In this document: positions 45,490-58,444 of the stretch, in pieces
How positions within the stretch are numbered: position 1 is the stretch's first letter
Layout of the letters: each line of letters starts with the position of its first letter
Source: Sphaerodactylus townsendi
Lineage: Eukaryota
Direction of reading: 5' to 3'
Assembly (NCBI RefSeq): GCF_021028975.2
Contig: NC_059440.1
Span: 32,426,001 to 32,490,000 of the forward strand
Length of the DNA: 64,000 bases
Made by a program: the position numbers and the translations under genes
Notes under the pieces: model-generated
What the model was told of the DNA's origin: nothing
The model's input: only the letters and a program-made list of their open reading frames with translations
Databases searched by the model: none

Positions 45490-48400
45490 GGCCTAAAAGG
45501 CTGCATGTTTATTAGTTTTCACCTTGTTCACTAACAGTTCAGTGGTGCAAAGTTACCATACACAAGAGTTAGATAGTATTTGCATTGCACACCTAAAGGC
45601 TATACAGCAAATGAATCAGAATTAGTACAAATACATGAATTGTATTTACATTTTGTATACCCAAGCTCCAAACATCAGATATATTTACAAAATAAAACAT
45701 GGAGGAACCAAAGTCGGAAATTAATAGTGTACAGTGTTGTGAACGCACTTCTTTCACCGGGGCGACATCGATTTTGGGGGAAACAAAACAAAACATGGAT
45801 TTATTCCAGAAGGCCATTTATGCTGACTGGGCCAAGAAGGAGGATGTTTATGGAATGCTTTCAGTGAACAGGAATATGGAAAGCCAAGCAACTTTTTCTG
45901 TGTCCCAAATACATGAGTGTTCCCTTGTTAAACGAACAACACTGGCCTTAAACTCACCTCTAAGTCCGTTCAAGTATTATTTGAATGCATGCTTTGTGTA
46001 CCTGCACCCTGACAGTATAAATGGCCTCCAGAACAACTAAATAATCAAGTCTCCATTTCTGTTTCCAAATTGGCTGTTTCTGTTTGAGTGAGGAAGCACA
46101 AAGGTAGATACATTCCTGCAATGTTAAAAAAAAAAAAAGTACAGGTTGGGCCACAGACCCTCTTGGCCACCGCGGGAGACACGAGACACACACAATTGAA
46201 GTCCTATTTCATGTACATTCAACCAACTTCAAGAGCAGAAGCAGCGTCCTCCGTTGTCTTCAGAGCAGCAGATTAACAACTAAACCAACAGAATGACTTC
46301 AGACTCCAAGCAGCTGTTGATGCTGAGGAAGAGCGGTACCACGGATGCATAGGCAGACAGTATTAATCGACCGCAGAACATGCTGAAGGACGAGTAGCCC
46401 AAAGACTTGTTCTGTTTTAGTGTGCAATTAAACTACAGATGCATAAATATACATTTACTTTATAAAACAAAATTAAATATTCCCTGTAAATTATTAGATA
46501 AAGCAGCAGAAAAGGAAAGTCTTTGCTTTGGAACACCACAGGGAATGTGTGGAAGGGAGCAGGGACTGGGCCAAACCTTCCCAGCGGTTTGGATCCCCCG
46601 CCCCTTCCCCGGTCTCCTTGGAACAGGGTACACTGGCCAGAAGAGCTAAAGTGCGTTTCTTTAAAGCAATCCAAGTAAGAACCAGTCCAGAATGCTCCAG
46701 GTGAAACGAAAACATGCTTGTAGCTTTGACTTTGAGAACCTCATTATTAGACCCAATTATTTGATTTTAAAATGGATCTCCTTCATTGAGAAAGATGCTG
46801 GTGCAACCTAAGAGGCAAGAATCCAAACGTGGCACTCCCGTTTGAGGTCAGGGCCCGTGTCCAGTGGGTTGGCTGGCCCATGGCACGGTGCAGAGCCCCC
46901 AACAGTTGGTCCTGAGAGCTGGCTGACTCTAGGACCTTGGCCACCTGCCCAATTCTCACAGCTCTTGAGGTTCTTCTGTAGCTTTGCAAGGAAGGAAGGC
47001 CAATTGGCAGTCTGACTCCCCCACCCTGCCTGCTTTTTCCTTTCAGATTCTGGGATGCTTTGGGCTGAATTAAGATGCTTTGAGAAAACAGGCATTCCTC
47101 GTTGTTTAGCAGAAAAGGACAGGAGAGTGTTTGGGCAAGAACCTCTGAACAACCACAGAAGAGCTGGCAGTCCATGCAAGGGCCAGGTGCTGCGTGAGGC
47201 ATTAGCTTAGTGTTCCCAGAGCAGATTAAAGCTCTATTCCTGAAACGGCGAGGGACGGCTGAGGCTGAGAATAGAAGCCCGCACCTTCTCTAGGCCTGCA
47301 TTGCTCATCCCAGTCAACTGAAGAACACTGATAAAAGGGACCTTTGCAGAAATTCGGTGCCGCAATTCCCAACCCTCGTGGCAAGCGAGCTCTCCAAAGC
47401 AAAGACTTTCCGGCCTAGTTTTGTTCCGAGTTAAAAACAAACGAACACACACATATGAAAGTTATCTTAGTGCGCACATAAATATCGCCACGTAAACGCT
47501 TGTAGGAGCTTCTCGTTCCACAAAGATTCCCACCTTCGGGCATCACTGCAGGTGGCAGCTGCAGTGACTCGGCTCCTCACAGAATCGCAACACCACAGTT
47601 AATAACCATCACAAAATCTGCTGAGTTCCTGAAACAGCAGCCTTTGTTTGTGTATCCACAAGCACACATGCTGGCAAGCGCATAGTGTGCCCTTTGTGTA
47701 ACAAAAAATATATATTACCACTGTGCTGAGACTTACACAACCACAGCATGATGAACAAAAGAAACACATAGGCCTTCCACCTTCCGATCGATGACTTGGG
47801 GCTTCTAAGATAATCTTCCTTTCTTGCCCTCCCACACCCAACAAGGGAGCAAGGAAGAGACCTTCTAAAAAATGTGACAAGAATCCCTGGAGGCTCAGCC
47901 CCGGCTGAATCCAAAGGGAGGGGTGTAGGAAAGGAACCCCCGTCTCCCAGACATTCCTAATTCAGTGCAATTGCAAGCTCAGAGGTATCACCTGGTATGG
48001 CTGAAACAGAACTTCTCAAAAGGAAGTGAAGTGACTTTCTTGACAAGATATTCCTCCTGCATTTACAGGCCAGAGAGTCTTGATTCAGAACTGAGGATAG
48101 TTCAAATCCAGACCTGACCTGATCTCTTCCTGAGCTGACTCAGTGGGGTGGATTTCGGAAGATGCGCCTACGATGGAGGAATGGCAAGCAAGTGTGCTTT
48201 GGGTGTTCCATGGCTTTATCACCTGGCCCTCCTGTGGGCTAAAGTGAGCCCCAGAAGTTAAAGCAGGCTTGGAAAGGGGCAGAGATGGTGCCCCCTGGCC
48301 AAAAGGGACTTGGGGCATGCATTCACCACACAAAGAAGATAATTTAACTTTCAGCGGAGGGTTGAGGGGCCAAAGTTCTCAAACTCTGCAGCAAGAAGGA

Positions 48401-49666
48401 AAGCCAGTGTTTGAGCTGCACTGCTCCAGACTGAACAAAAGAACATCTGTGAATCCAAAAGAAAAAAAAAATCTCAACGCAAAGAAAATCAGCAATTCAA
48501 GAAGGGCTTATCTATGTGCGAGGATTTGGGACTTCTGCACACAGAGGAACCTCCCTTTCTCGCATCCCACCCCTGCAGCTGGACAGCCCCCACTCAGCTT
48601 CACTCCTTCAACTGTTCTGCTGTTATGGGAAACTTCAGACCCCCAAAGCAACAGCCCAGGCTGCCCAGCAAGCCAAGCCAAAGGTGGGTCAGGCACCGGC
48701 GTTGTGCTTGCAGAGGCAGAAGGAAGCCGCTTGGCTCCAAGATTTCTGAAGCTGTTCTAACCTGAGGCCTGCCAGGACTGCGGAAGAGGCACCAACGCCT
48801 TGACAAAATGGACAAACGTCTCTCGTGCAAAGAGTTAAGAGGAGCAGTTCAAAAGAAAGGAGATCTGGTAGCCAGTGTTCACTGGTCAAGCAACCAAGAC
48901 AAGCTGGCTGTGCAACCATCAAGTGCTGGGGCTCGTTGACCAAACAAAAACTCCTTTCAGCCAAGCCCCACTGCACGAAAGCAGCAAAGTTGCCGACTGG
49001 AAGTCAAATGGGAGAGAAGCAGCTTAGAAATACTATTTTTAAAAAGTCAATGGATGTTGGGGAATGAGGCTGTCCAAATTCACAGGCGGGCTGCTTGTGC
49101 AAAGAGACACTCCATATTCTTGGTCCCACTCTAAGCGCAATAAGAGATGTTTTTGCAACCCCGCAGGGGGAAAAGCAGCAGCACTTTGGATACTGCCGGA
49201 TCACCAAAAGTCAGGAGAAAAGCCAAGGAGCATTCCAGACATCGACAACAGACACCACAGAGATAAAGTCCATCGGAATGAAAAAAATGATTATCCAGAG
49301 AAATAAAATTCTTCCCCCCCTGCCATTTTTTTTAAAAAAAGTCGTGCAGATAAATTAGAACCCAATGCCCCCCCCACCCACCCCCACCCCTTTCTAAATT
49401 TCCACTGTATCATTTTGTCTGTTTGGCCACATGCTACTAATAGTACTTTCAGCACAGGTGAAAACAGAAATGAAAAAAAGAAAACAGGGCGGGGCAAGGG
49501 CGAGAAGAGCTGGGGGAGAAGGTAGAGACGAGGGAAGTTAAGTCACAGGGTTACATACAAGAAGAGAAAAATTCAAGAATCACAGAGAAATGAGATGTAA
49601 CGCTTTGTCTATATCTGAAGGCGTGTTAGAGAGGAGGAAAAAACTGGACGAGGGCTCCGCGTGGAC
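45490..49666 (-). other. KIF1B: KIF1B-beta long 3'UTR (~4.2 kb), AATAAA at 45508-45513
   Basis: repeat-poor stretch after the stop codon, ending in an AU-rich block with a polyA hexamer; the end point is inferred. Confidence 0.6.
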
Positions 49667-49709
49667 TCAGTATTTCAGCTGGCCCGAGCGTCTTCGCGCG
49701 AGTTTGGAT
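49667..49709 (-). CDS. KIF1B: KIF1B-beta last coding exon
   Basis: gtgcag|A; (R)SKLARRRSGQLKY-TGA. Confidence 0.93.
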
Positions 49710-50351
49710 CTGCACGAGAACAGAAGGGAAATTATTCTTCTGCAAGCTCCTTCAACAACCTTCCTCCCTTCGCCTGCCAGCTCATCCCATCTCCTTATTT
49801 CTACATTTCTGTGATGAAGCTGGACTCGCACACAACCTGGCATCTTGAAAAAGCTGCAGATATGGGTACCAAGTCTAAAACCCCAAACCAGAAGAGCTGG
49901 AAAAAAAAATCTTAGCAAAACCAAACCAACAAGTTTGCTCTCTCTTGCAACACCCAAATTCCGGACCAGGCAAGCCAGCAAGAGCAAAATGCAGGTCTGG
50001 GAACCTCCACAGGCAGGTCATTCAACAGCTCCCAACATATATCAGATCTAGCCATAGATAGATGCGGAATTTTTTGACCGCTGGTCCTCCCCACCCACCT
50101 TTATCCTCACTAGTTTCCTCTCCACCGCTGAATACAGAAGACAGCACAAACTGCACATACAACCGATCTCTTTAAGGAGGCTGGCTTCACCAAGGTGTAT
50201 CACACCTTCTGGGCTTCAGTGCACAGTGCCCTCTGACCCCAAAAAGCCAAAAGGTCTTCTGTTCCCTCCTCTCTTCCCCAACACCCTAAAATCCAAAAAG
50301 CAAACAGCTTCTCTGCTTTGGAGAAGCTCCACCCCAGCCTGCACCTCTTAC

Positions 50352-50470
50352 CGTATTGTGCCGGCGAGAAGGGGGTTGAAGGCGTATAGCCAGTCATTCA
50401 TGTCTTTGTCGTTGATGGCTTGAAGCAGGACTCCACGGTGCCTTGTGCACACGGCAAACGTGTTGGGGGT
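50352..50470 (-). CDS. KIF1B: KIF1B exon, PH domain C-terminal part
   Basis: 119 nt; [40 protein letters not shown]. Confidence 0.96.
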
Positions 50471-50810
50471 CTGGAGGGTTAGAAAACAGAGAGCCCTCAG
50501 TGAATCCTTTGTGAGCAGTTCAGAGACTACTGAGTGGGGGGCCCTTGATGGCTTGACGCTTACTCGGTAGCACAGAAATGGGACCCCATCCACAGCAAAG
50601 GCTCAGTGTGTATTTGTTCACAAGGACTGTGGAAGTCGTTCTTAAAACTGAGAACAAATTCTCCACACCAAAAAGCCACTGAGCATGCCAATGAGACAAA
50701 ACATCTCCCGGATAACAGGTAAACAGGGAGACCGACCCACATAGTTCTCAAAGGTAGCGGGGGGGGGTGGGGGTGGAGGTTGTTTCGAGTTCTTGGGAGT
50801 TGCAACTGAC

Positions 50811-51003
50811 CTTCACCATTGCCTGCTGGTCCTCTGAGTACTCCACCTGAGCTGTGGAGAGGTTGATGATGCCCCTTTCTACAGGATCTTTGTCGCTGTT
50901 GTAAATGAAGACGTACGGCCGACGGACCACCACAAAGTGCTTGGCCCACGATGGAGAAAGTGGCTCCTTGAAGTGTAAGTAGCCCTTCTTGGAGACCACG
51001 GAG
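50811..51003 (-). CDS. KIF1B: KIF1B exon, PH domain N-terminal part
   Basis: 193 nt; [64 protein letters not shown]. Confidence 0.96.
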
Positions 51004-51381
51004 CTGAACCAAGAAGAGGGGGATGGGGAGGGTGAAGGACCTGGCTGGAAATGACCCTTGGGATAATAATGGACCAATGACTCAGGGGGTGACACAGAGG
51101 CCAGAAGGCCCCCAACCCACCCCTCAGGACAGTCAAGCTACAAGGTCGGATTCTGAGCTAGCCTTCCCAACCAAATACTGCCTTTCATTGCAGTAATGCA
51201 AGAGCACAAATTTGATTGGGGGGGGGGGGGCAGGGATCAGCAACTGTGAAAACGCACAGAGTTACCAACAGAAAAGCCGCAGTCTATGCTTTTTTGCCTG
51301 GAGGAAGGCAGACTTGTGGAGATGGACATGTCCTCCCCACTAAGTTTACTGTTCTGAAGGCACAGTAATGCTGAGACTCAC

Positions 51382-51531
51382 CCAGGTCTGATTTCCTCGA
51401 TATCAGGAACAAGGTTCAGAAACTCGTTTTTGCCGGCCCTGGCCAAGTAAGAGGCTTCCACAGTTGGCATCAGTTGGAACGACTCGCCCTCTGCGCCAGG
51501 ACTGGAGGCGCGAGAATTAGCTTCTGGAGTC
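51382..51531 (-). CDS. KIF1B: KIF1B exon
   Basis: 150 nt; TPEANSRASSP...YLARAGKNEFLNLVPDIEEIRP. Confidence 0.93.
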
Positions 51532-51884
51532 CTTTAAAAAAAAGGGTGGGGGGAGTGCTTAGCCTGATCAAGCAAGCCAGCAAGGCTGACAGATGGAGAC
51601 CCCACACCCAAATGTGGTTTGTGCAAACCATAGCTTAGAATCCAAACCAAAATTCAGAGCATTTTGTTTTCATCAGCTGCACAAATTCATTTCTGTCTTT
51701 ATAGTTGCTGCAATTTCTGCAGGTGCTGCAACAGCTGTAACCGAATCAGATACCACGCTTGTGCACGCACAGACCCAAAACGAGCACAGAAAGAGGAAAC
51801 AATGATGGGAGATAAGGAAGCCAGTGCAGTAGGCTTCGTATCTGTCAGATACGGAGAGTCTCTTATCAACTCAACTCAACTCAC

Positions 51885-52006
51885 TTCTGATCCACGGAGT
51901 TGCACCTGGAGTCTGACAGCGAGGGGCAGGTGGAGGAAGGCGTCAGGGTGGCACTGCTGAAACTCGATACTGACGAGTCCCGTCCAAGCGGAGAGATATC
52001 AGACAG
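51885..52006 (-). CDS. KIF1B: KIF1B exon
   Basis: 122 nt; LSDISPLGRDSSVSSFSSATLTPSSTCPSLSDSRCNSVDQ. Confidence 0.93.
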
Positions 52007-52120
52007 CTGGCAGGAGGTGAGAAAAAGTCAGTCAGTGAGCTTTGTGTAAGCTATGACTTCTTTTAAATACCTTCCCAAGGTCCACTGCTGTGTATTTGGC
52101 AAACTATTATCTCCACATAC

Positions 52121-52192
52121 CTTACAATCACTGATGCTGTTGTAGACCTGGTTGAATTCACGGTTGAACGTGTGAGTGAGAAGCTGCAGGCA
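52121..52192 (-). CDS. KIF1B: KIF1B exon
   Basis: 72 nt; CLQLLTHTFNREFNQVYNSISDCK. Confidence 0.94.
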
Positions 52193-53319
52193 CTGGAAAG
52201 AAAAAAGACAGACACAGACAAAGGTGTCATTTTTTTATCACCTCTGGGCAGGAACTGAGAGATGTGAAAAGGAGGAGAGGTCAGGGAAATCTCCTCTGTG
52301 ACCTACAGCTATCCCTGGTCAGAAAGCTCCTTACCATGGCCCTGACAGCTCAAATGAATTATGCACATTCTGGTCCAGAACAAGTTTTCTTGAAGGCTTC
52401 CACATACTTGAATATTCCTGTTTTGGAGGGTGAGTTTTGGGGCTTCCAAGGGCTATTTTGATTGGGGGGTTTTTTCCCCTGACATGCAGTTTTTTACTCC
52501 CATTCTTTGCTGCTGGTGCATTTAGATTTCTTTGCAGATTTCTTTAATTTAAACATGTTTATAATTTAATAAAAATATATGTGCATTTTCTAGTCGACAT
52601 TTGCTCTGGGAACCCAAGTCAAGGGCATCAAAACTCTGACCCCTGATGCATAATGCCAACTGACAGTGCACCCCCACAAGCAGGAAGAACCATAAAAATG
52701 CTGAGGGCCCACTGATGACTTCCTTATGGGGGTCACAACAAACACTGCAGGCAGGCACTTCCTCAGATCTCGATCATTCTTACAACTCCAGTTTTTCCAG
52801 CCTCAGAGAACACCAGAGAGGTACACAAAACAAAAAAGTATGACTAGAATGCTGGATTTGAACTGGAGAGATTTGGGCACACATCCGTTCTTGGGCCTCA
52901 AAGCTCTCCAGATGATTTTGGGGCTCGGGCTGTTGTGTTTCACAGGGCAGCGGAGGAGAAGGCTGTGGGAATGGAACCACTCCATCCATGTAAGCCACAG
53001 AGAAAATACAAAAGAATACCCAGGGTCAAACAGCTGCTCACTGTACTGTCTTGGGTAACTGACTAGCTCAGCAAATCTTCCTTGCAGAGTTTTATTTCTT
53101 GATTTACACATGCTGACATCCTACTTCCTGGCTTCCAAGAGCTGGCTAACAAAGAATTACGACCCAGTGCAAAACCCAAGAGCCGAACAAATGAAAATCA
53201 GTAAGAAATATTCTGAATGAGCCAAAAGCCTTGTTTCAAGTTGTTGACAGAATCACCCCCTCTAGATGGGAGGGGAACTAAACCACAGTGGCTTCCTGCC
53301 AGCTACCATCTTTTCCCAC

Positions 53320-53559
53320 CTTGGTAGCCAGCTCCTTCTCCCGGTCCACCAGGCTCTCGATGTCGGCCGAGTCGTAGCCGCTGCTTTCGCTGGGCGTGAC
53401 GGCGCTCTCAAAGGTGGTGGACGAGATCTGGGAGGAGATGCTGGTGGAGGTGCTGAGCGTCCCACTGCTGAGACTGGGGGACAGCGAGTCGCTCAGGGAT
53501 TTGGGGACAGTGTCGCCCAGCTTCTCACGCAGCAGCAAGAAGTGGCGGGTCTTCTCAAC
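53320..53559 (-). CDS. KIF1B: KIF1B exon
   Basis: 240 nt; VEKTRHFLLLREKLGD...SSGYDSADIESLVDREKELATK. Confidence 0.95.
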
Positions 53560-53834
53560 CTGAGCAGCAACAGAAACGGCACTTGAGGACTTTTCTCACT
53601 CGCCAGCATCCCAACCAACTGATTCCTCTGCTGCCCTCCCAAGCCCCTGACATTCTAACACCACCAAGCACAAAGGATCAGAGCTAAAGAGAGGCCCTGG
53701 TGGGCTGGGATGTTGCATGACTAGCGATTTAACTTGCAGCAGCTGCCTTATATCTCGGGGGAGGGGGGGGGAGGGAATGAGCCAAGGCACGTCTCCCAGA
53801 AGGCTGCACTGTGATGTCACTTCCCAGCTCTTAC

Positions 53835-53980
53835 CTCATGCAGCAATTCCAGTTTCTCCAGTTCCCACTGGTGCTCCACAATGAGACTGTCCCCCCGGGG
53901 CCTCCACCCTGCCAGGTTCTCTTCTCCACGGACATAGGCCACAGACGTGTCCAGGACTTTCCTCCTCCTCCTCTGCATTC
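53835..53980 (-). CDS. KIF1B: KIF1B exon
   Basis: 146 nt; [48 protein letters not shown]. Confidence 0.96.
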
Positions 53981-54211
53981 CTGAGAAGGAAGGAGCTCAA
54001 ATTAACAGCCGCTAAAACAAAACCACCTTCCAGGTTGCAAATAATGCTGCCACTTCCCACTCCCCTCTTGACTACATCAATCCTCCTCCCAACTCTGGCT
54101 TAAGCCAGATCAGTGGCTGCCCAGTGCTTTTCCCCCCCATTACAACAGTTCAAGACTAACACATTTGATAGCATACATTCGTGTGTACATGCAGGTCTTG
54201 GGCATTCTTAC

Positions 54212-54273
54212 CTGGGCTGCCAGTGTCGGCCATTTTGCACAAGCTTAGCTCATAGATGCCTGTTACCCGATTG
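54212..54273 (-). CDS. KIF1B: KIF1B exon
   Basis: 62 nt; NRVTGIYELSLCKMADTGSP. Confidence 0.94.
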
Positions 54274-54534
54274 CTGTTTAGCACAAAAAGAAAACAAAAC
54301 AACACCAGATGAGGAAAACAAAATTATATAATCCAAGGACTAGAGAACAGGCCTCTAAGAACTCGAGGACCTTATGAAAGATCACACTGTTCAAAGCAGA
54401 AGGGGCAATTCACACAACTAGGTTTTAATCACATGAGAACATGCTGGATTTTATTGTTTTATCAGCGTTTCTAATAGTGGCCCTCTTTCACTGCCCTTTA
54501 ATACAGTTTTCTTTTACTATACCTTAAAACGGCA

Positions 54535-54745
54535 CAGCCCTGACCTGGATAAGCCAGGCTAGTCTGATCTTGTCAGGTCTCAGAAGCAAAGCAAAGTCAA
54601 CCCTGAAAGGATTTGGATGGGAGATCTCCAAGGAATACCAGGATTGTGACACTGGGGGGAAGTAATGGCAAAACACCTCCGAATGTCTCTTGCCTTGAAA
54701 ACCCCACCAGGGCCCCCATAAGTCAGAAGTGTTTTGATGGCAAAA
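54535..54745 (+). mobile_element. 5S rRNA-derived SINE, second copy
   Basis: tgatcttgtcaggtctcagaagcaaagc...ttggatgggaga...aatggcaaaacacc. Confidence 0.65.
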
Positions 54746-54945
54746 AGCCCCCCAAAACCAAATAAGCCATTTGTAGGACCTTCCCAGGCTGATTTTGTTC
54801 CACAAAGGCAGACAAATCTTCTGGACCAAAAAGCCAAAGATTCCTGGCACTGGAGGACAATCCTGCCATCAGTGGAACAGTATTGTAGGACTGAGCCTCC
54901 CGTTGCTATTAAGCCCCCAGTCAGGAAACACATCATGCAACTTAC

Positions 54946-55079
54946 GAGTCCGGGGATTTGGAATAGCCACTGCCAAAGAGATTGCGCAACGAGCGAGGGG
55001 GAGAGATCTTGGCATCCCGTGAGTAGAAGACCATGCAGACATCCTTGGTGATGACAGCTGGCTGGATGCAGTGGTCAAG
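54946..55079 (-). CDS. KIF1B: KIF1B exon
   Basis: 134 nt; LDHCIQPAVITKDVCMVFYSRDAKISPPRSLRNLFGSGYSKSPD. Confidence 0.95.
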
Positions 55080-55095
55080 CTGAATGGAAGGGGGG

Positions 55096-55388
55096 AAGAA
55101 GAAGAAGAGTTTGGATTTATATCCCTCCTTTCTCTCCTGCAGGAGACTCAAAGGGGCTTACAATCTCCTTGCCCTTCCCCCCTCACAACAAACACCCTGT
55201 GAGGTGGGTGGGGCTGAGAGAGCTCCGAGAAGCTGTGACTAGCCCAAGGTAACCCCGCTGGCGTGTGTGGGAGTGTACAGGCTAATCTGAATTCCCCAGA
55301 TAAGCCTCCACAGCTCAGGCGGCAGAGCTGGGAATCAAACCCGGTTCCTCCAGATTAGATACACGAGCTCTTAACCTCCTACGCCAGC
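55096..55388 (-). mobile_element. Squam3/MIR-like SINE, young copy abutting a KIF1B splice acceptor
   Basis: full-length; tail ends ~16 nt before exon start 55079. Confidence 0.92.
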
Positions 55389-55787
55389 AACGGTTCATGT
55401 TCTCTGCTAGGTCAAGTACATGTGTGCAGCTTTTCTAGCATTCCCAGTCTCTTCCCAAGACTTAACTGTATTTTTAGCTTTATTCAGCCATCAGCCACTG
55501 TGTGCAATGACGGACCCACAAAGGTAAAACAGGCTTCGTTTCAAATGACTGGTGTCCCCTGTAGGGTTTGATTCTTTAAAAATGCTTAAGTGCACCGGCA
55601 GATACACACAACGGAGACCCACTCAGGGTGTCCACCCGCCCCTTTCCTGGTGCCTGCCATGTGCTTTTGGAAAGTGGGTGGGGCCAGCAGACCTTCCAAT
55701 TGGCTGTGTAGATTTGACAGGCATTCTGTTGACAGGGCTTCTGCCTGTCCCAGACTCAAGCAAGCACGAGATGCAACATGCGCTCAC

Positions 55788-55902
55788 CTCCAAGTATGCA
55801 GAGAGGGTCATGTAGATTTTCTCTCCGTAGGGCGTCACGCGGTTCAAGAGGAGAGAGTTGTGAAGAGAGCTGTCCCAAACTGCCTCAAAGCGGTAGAAAG
55901 TC
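55788..55902 (-). CDS. KIF1B: KIF1B exon
   Basis: 115 nt; [38 protein letters not shown]. Confidence 0.96.
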
Positions 55903-56839
55903 CTGGAAGCAATGCAACAGCCTCTCAGTGTTTTTGTGAGACTGAATGAAGTGGGAGGAGTGTTAGCTCTGTACTACGGAACCCACAGAAGCTGGCGCAG
56001 ACTATTGCCACAGCAGCTTTCCCCAGGATGTTGAGTGCAAACTTTTAGTTAGTGCTGCAGAAAAAAACTTCAGTGCCAGCTGGTATGCCCACCACCCCAC
56101 TCCTTTTTGGAAGTGCGGGCACACAGGGCCCCTACACAGCGGCAAGCATGAGCACAAAAAGAAAAAAGAAGCCCTTTTCCCACTCTAGCACTGGAGCACA
56201 ATTTTAGTGAATCCACCTGCACTTGGGTTCTTACCCACCTTGATCGACCTGTGTGTTTAGCCAACAAACCCCACTGGGAAATGCCCTGCCTTCCTGGCAG
56301 AGCCCAAGCCTCTTGGCAATGTCACAGACGCATTTTGGACTACGTGTGAACTAGGCTATGAAGATGCATCTATACTAACAGCAAGAGGGCTAAAGGAAAG
56401 GGGTGGGTGGAGGAGTGCAGGAAAAGAAGAGGCGGAAGAATGCTGGACTTCGCCTCAGAAACAGCTGCAAAGCCAGGCACCTAAACCTTAAAGGTATCAT
56501 CTCAGCCACCATTCCAGAGTTCTGAGCCATTAACCTCTATCTATTTCAGCTCTTCACGTCCTGCTCTAAAAGGGTGCTCCCATCTCAGGGACTGGGGCAA
56601 TAGGACTCCTCCATCTTCAGAACGATGCAGCTGTACCGCCACCCCGTCTCCTCCCTGAGCCCAGATCCACGTTAGTTGTGGCAACTCCTATTCTTCTCCA
56701 TATCTGCAAATGATTTTTTTTAAACAGTCGCAGCTGAAATTAGGAGAAGGGGTGAAGTTAAATTGGTGTTAAGCACAAGGCCGGATTAGCGAGGATCATG
56801 GCAAGTGAGCAAACAGAAGCTGGGCTTGCCAAACCAAAA

Positions 56840-57272
56840 NNNNNNNNNNNNNNNNNNNNNNNNNNNNNNNNNNNNNNNNNNNNNNNNNNNNNNNNNNNNN
56901 NNNNNNNNNNNNNNNNNNNNNNNNNNNNNNNNNNNNNNNNNNNNNNNNNNNNNNNNNNNNNNNNNNNNNNNNNNNNNNNNNNNNNNNNNNNNNNNNNNNN
57001 NNNNNNNNNNNNNNNNNNNNNNNNNNNNNNNNNNNNNNNNNNNNNNNNNNNNNNNNNNNNNNNNNNNNNNNNNNNNNNNNNNNNNNNNNNNNNNNNNNNN
57101 NNNNNNNNNNNNNNNNNNNNNNNNNNNNNNNNNNNNNNNNNNNNNNNNNNNNNNNNNNNNNNNNNNNNNNNNNNNNNNNNNNNNNNNNNNNNNNNNNNNN
57201 NNNNNNNNNNNNNNNNNNNNNNNNNNNNNNNNNNNNNNNNNNNNNNNNNNNNNNNNNNNNNNNNNNNNNNNN
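56840..57272. other. assembly gap (433 N)
   Basis: run of N. Confidence 1.
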
Positions 57273-58417
57273 TGACGGGAACTCAGCTACCTTCACGGCA
57301 GAGGAGAGCACAGTGCTTTGACTGCATGGCCAAGGAGACCCCAATTCAAATCTCTATTCATCCAGGAAGCTCACAGGGTGAACTTTCGGCCAGTCACTCT
57401 TATCTCAGCATAAACAACCTCAAAGAGTGGTTGTTCTCAAGATATAACAGAGAAGGGGAGAATAAGGTGGGGACACACACAAAGCTGCCTTCTACAGGGT
57501 GAGACCACTGGGTCCACAAAATTATTGTGCTGCTCTCTAACAGTGGTGCTTTGGGATCTTGGTTAAAATGAAAAAGATCGTGCCAAACATCTGCTTCCCT
57601 TTCACCTGGAGTTTGAATGTGGGATCTTCTGCACCCAAACAGATCTATGCACTGCATGTCTGCCTCTCTGAACATGCTCTGCTGTGGGCTCTTCAGAAGG
57701 AAGTTAGAATATAAAGAGAGAGACTGAATATAAATTTACAGATACATAAATTACAAGGTGAGTCAACCAGAGTCGGGAACAGTTACCTTGTAGGGGAATT
57801 GATAAAAAGTGGCTTTTGGTTACCACCAGGCTGGGTTGACTCTGAACCTTTGCACTGGAATCTGAAGTCAGTGGCAACATCTCTCTCTCTCTCTTTTGCT
57901 GCCCCATTCAACTATCTTGCCCTCAGTGCTTTGTTTTGTTTTAAGTGGGGAAAGTAACCCTGATGGCCTTATTACATTTGCTTCACCCTTCCCATCAAAG
58001 AAGCTGGTACAAACAGAGCACTGTGTAATTCATTCCCATGGTTAGCTTCAGAGGGACCACTGTGGACCCTTCGCTAGCCAACTCCCATGTCTCAGTTTCT
58101 GTGGTGGCCCTGGGCTTCTCAATCACAGGCAGCAGCGGACGGAAAAAGGTGAGGAGGAATCGGGGGGGACTCCTAGGTAATCATACGAGTGCTACAAAAA
58201 AGGCTGAAGTGGAGCAATGCAAGGAAAGGAAAAGGATCTGGGCTCTGAGTGTGGGTTCATCAGAGGCAGATGGAAAGGGAGTGAAAAGGCTCTGCCTACG
58301 CAGCAGAGCCAGGGAGCTGGCAAAGGGCCAACACTGGGAAAGATCAGCAACACAAGAGGCATAAAGGGTTCTCACGGAGAAGAACCTTTATGCGCAAAGG
58401 AAGCAAACAGAAAATAC

Positions 58418-58444
58418 CTAGGCATATCCTTATCAAGAAAGAGC
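58418..58444 (-). CDS. KIF1B: KIF1B 27-nt alternative cassette micro-exon (LFLDKDMPR)
   Basis: cttcacag|GCTCTTTCTTGATAAGGATATGCCTAG|gtattt; symmetric phase 2/2, matching the flanking exons. Confidence 0.7.

Noticed and set aside
56796-57502. Long ORFs containing X
   Set aside because: Artefact of the N gap; an exon hidden in the gap cannot be excluded, but the flanking KIF1B phases already match
58123-58194. Strong-looking acceptor (ttttttgtag) downstream of the KIF1B micro-exon, a possible poison exon
   Set aside because: Gives STRMIT-stop in phase 2, but I found no convincing donor and have no conservation evidence
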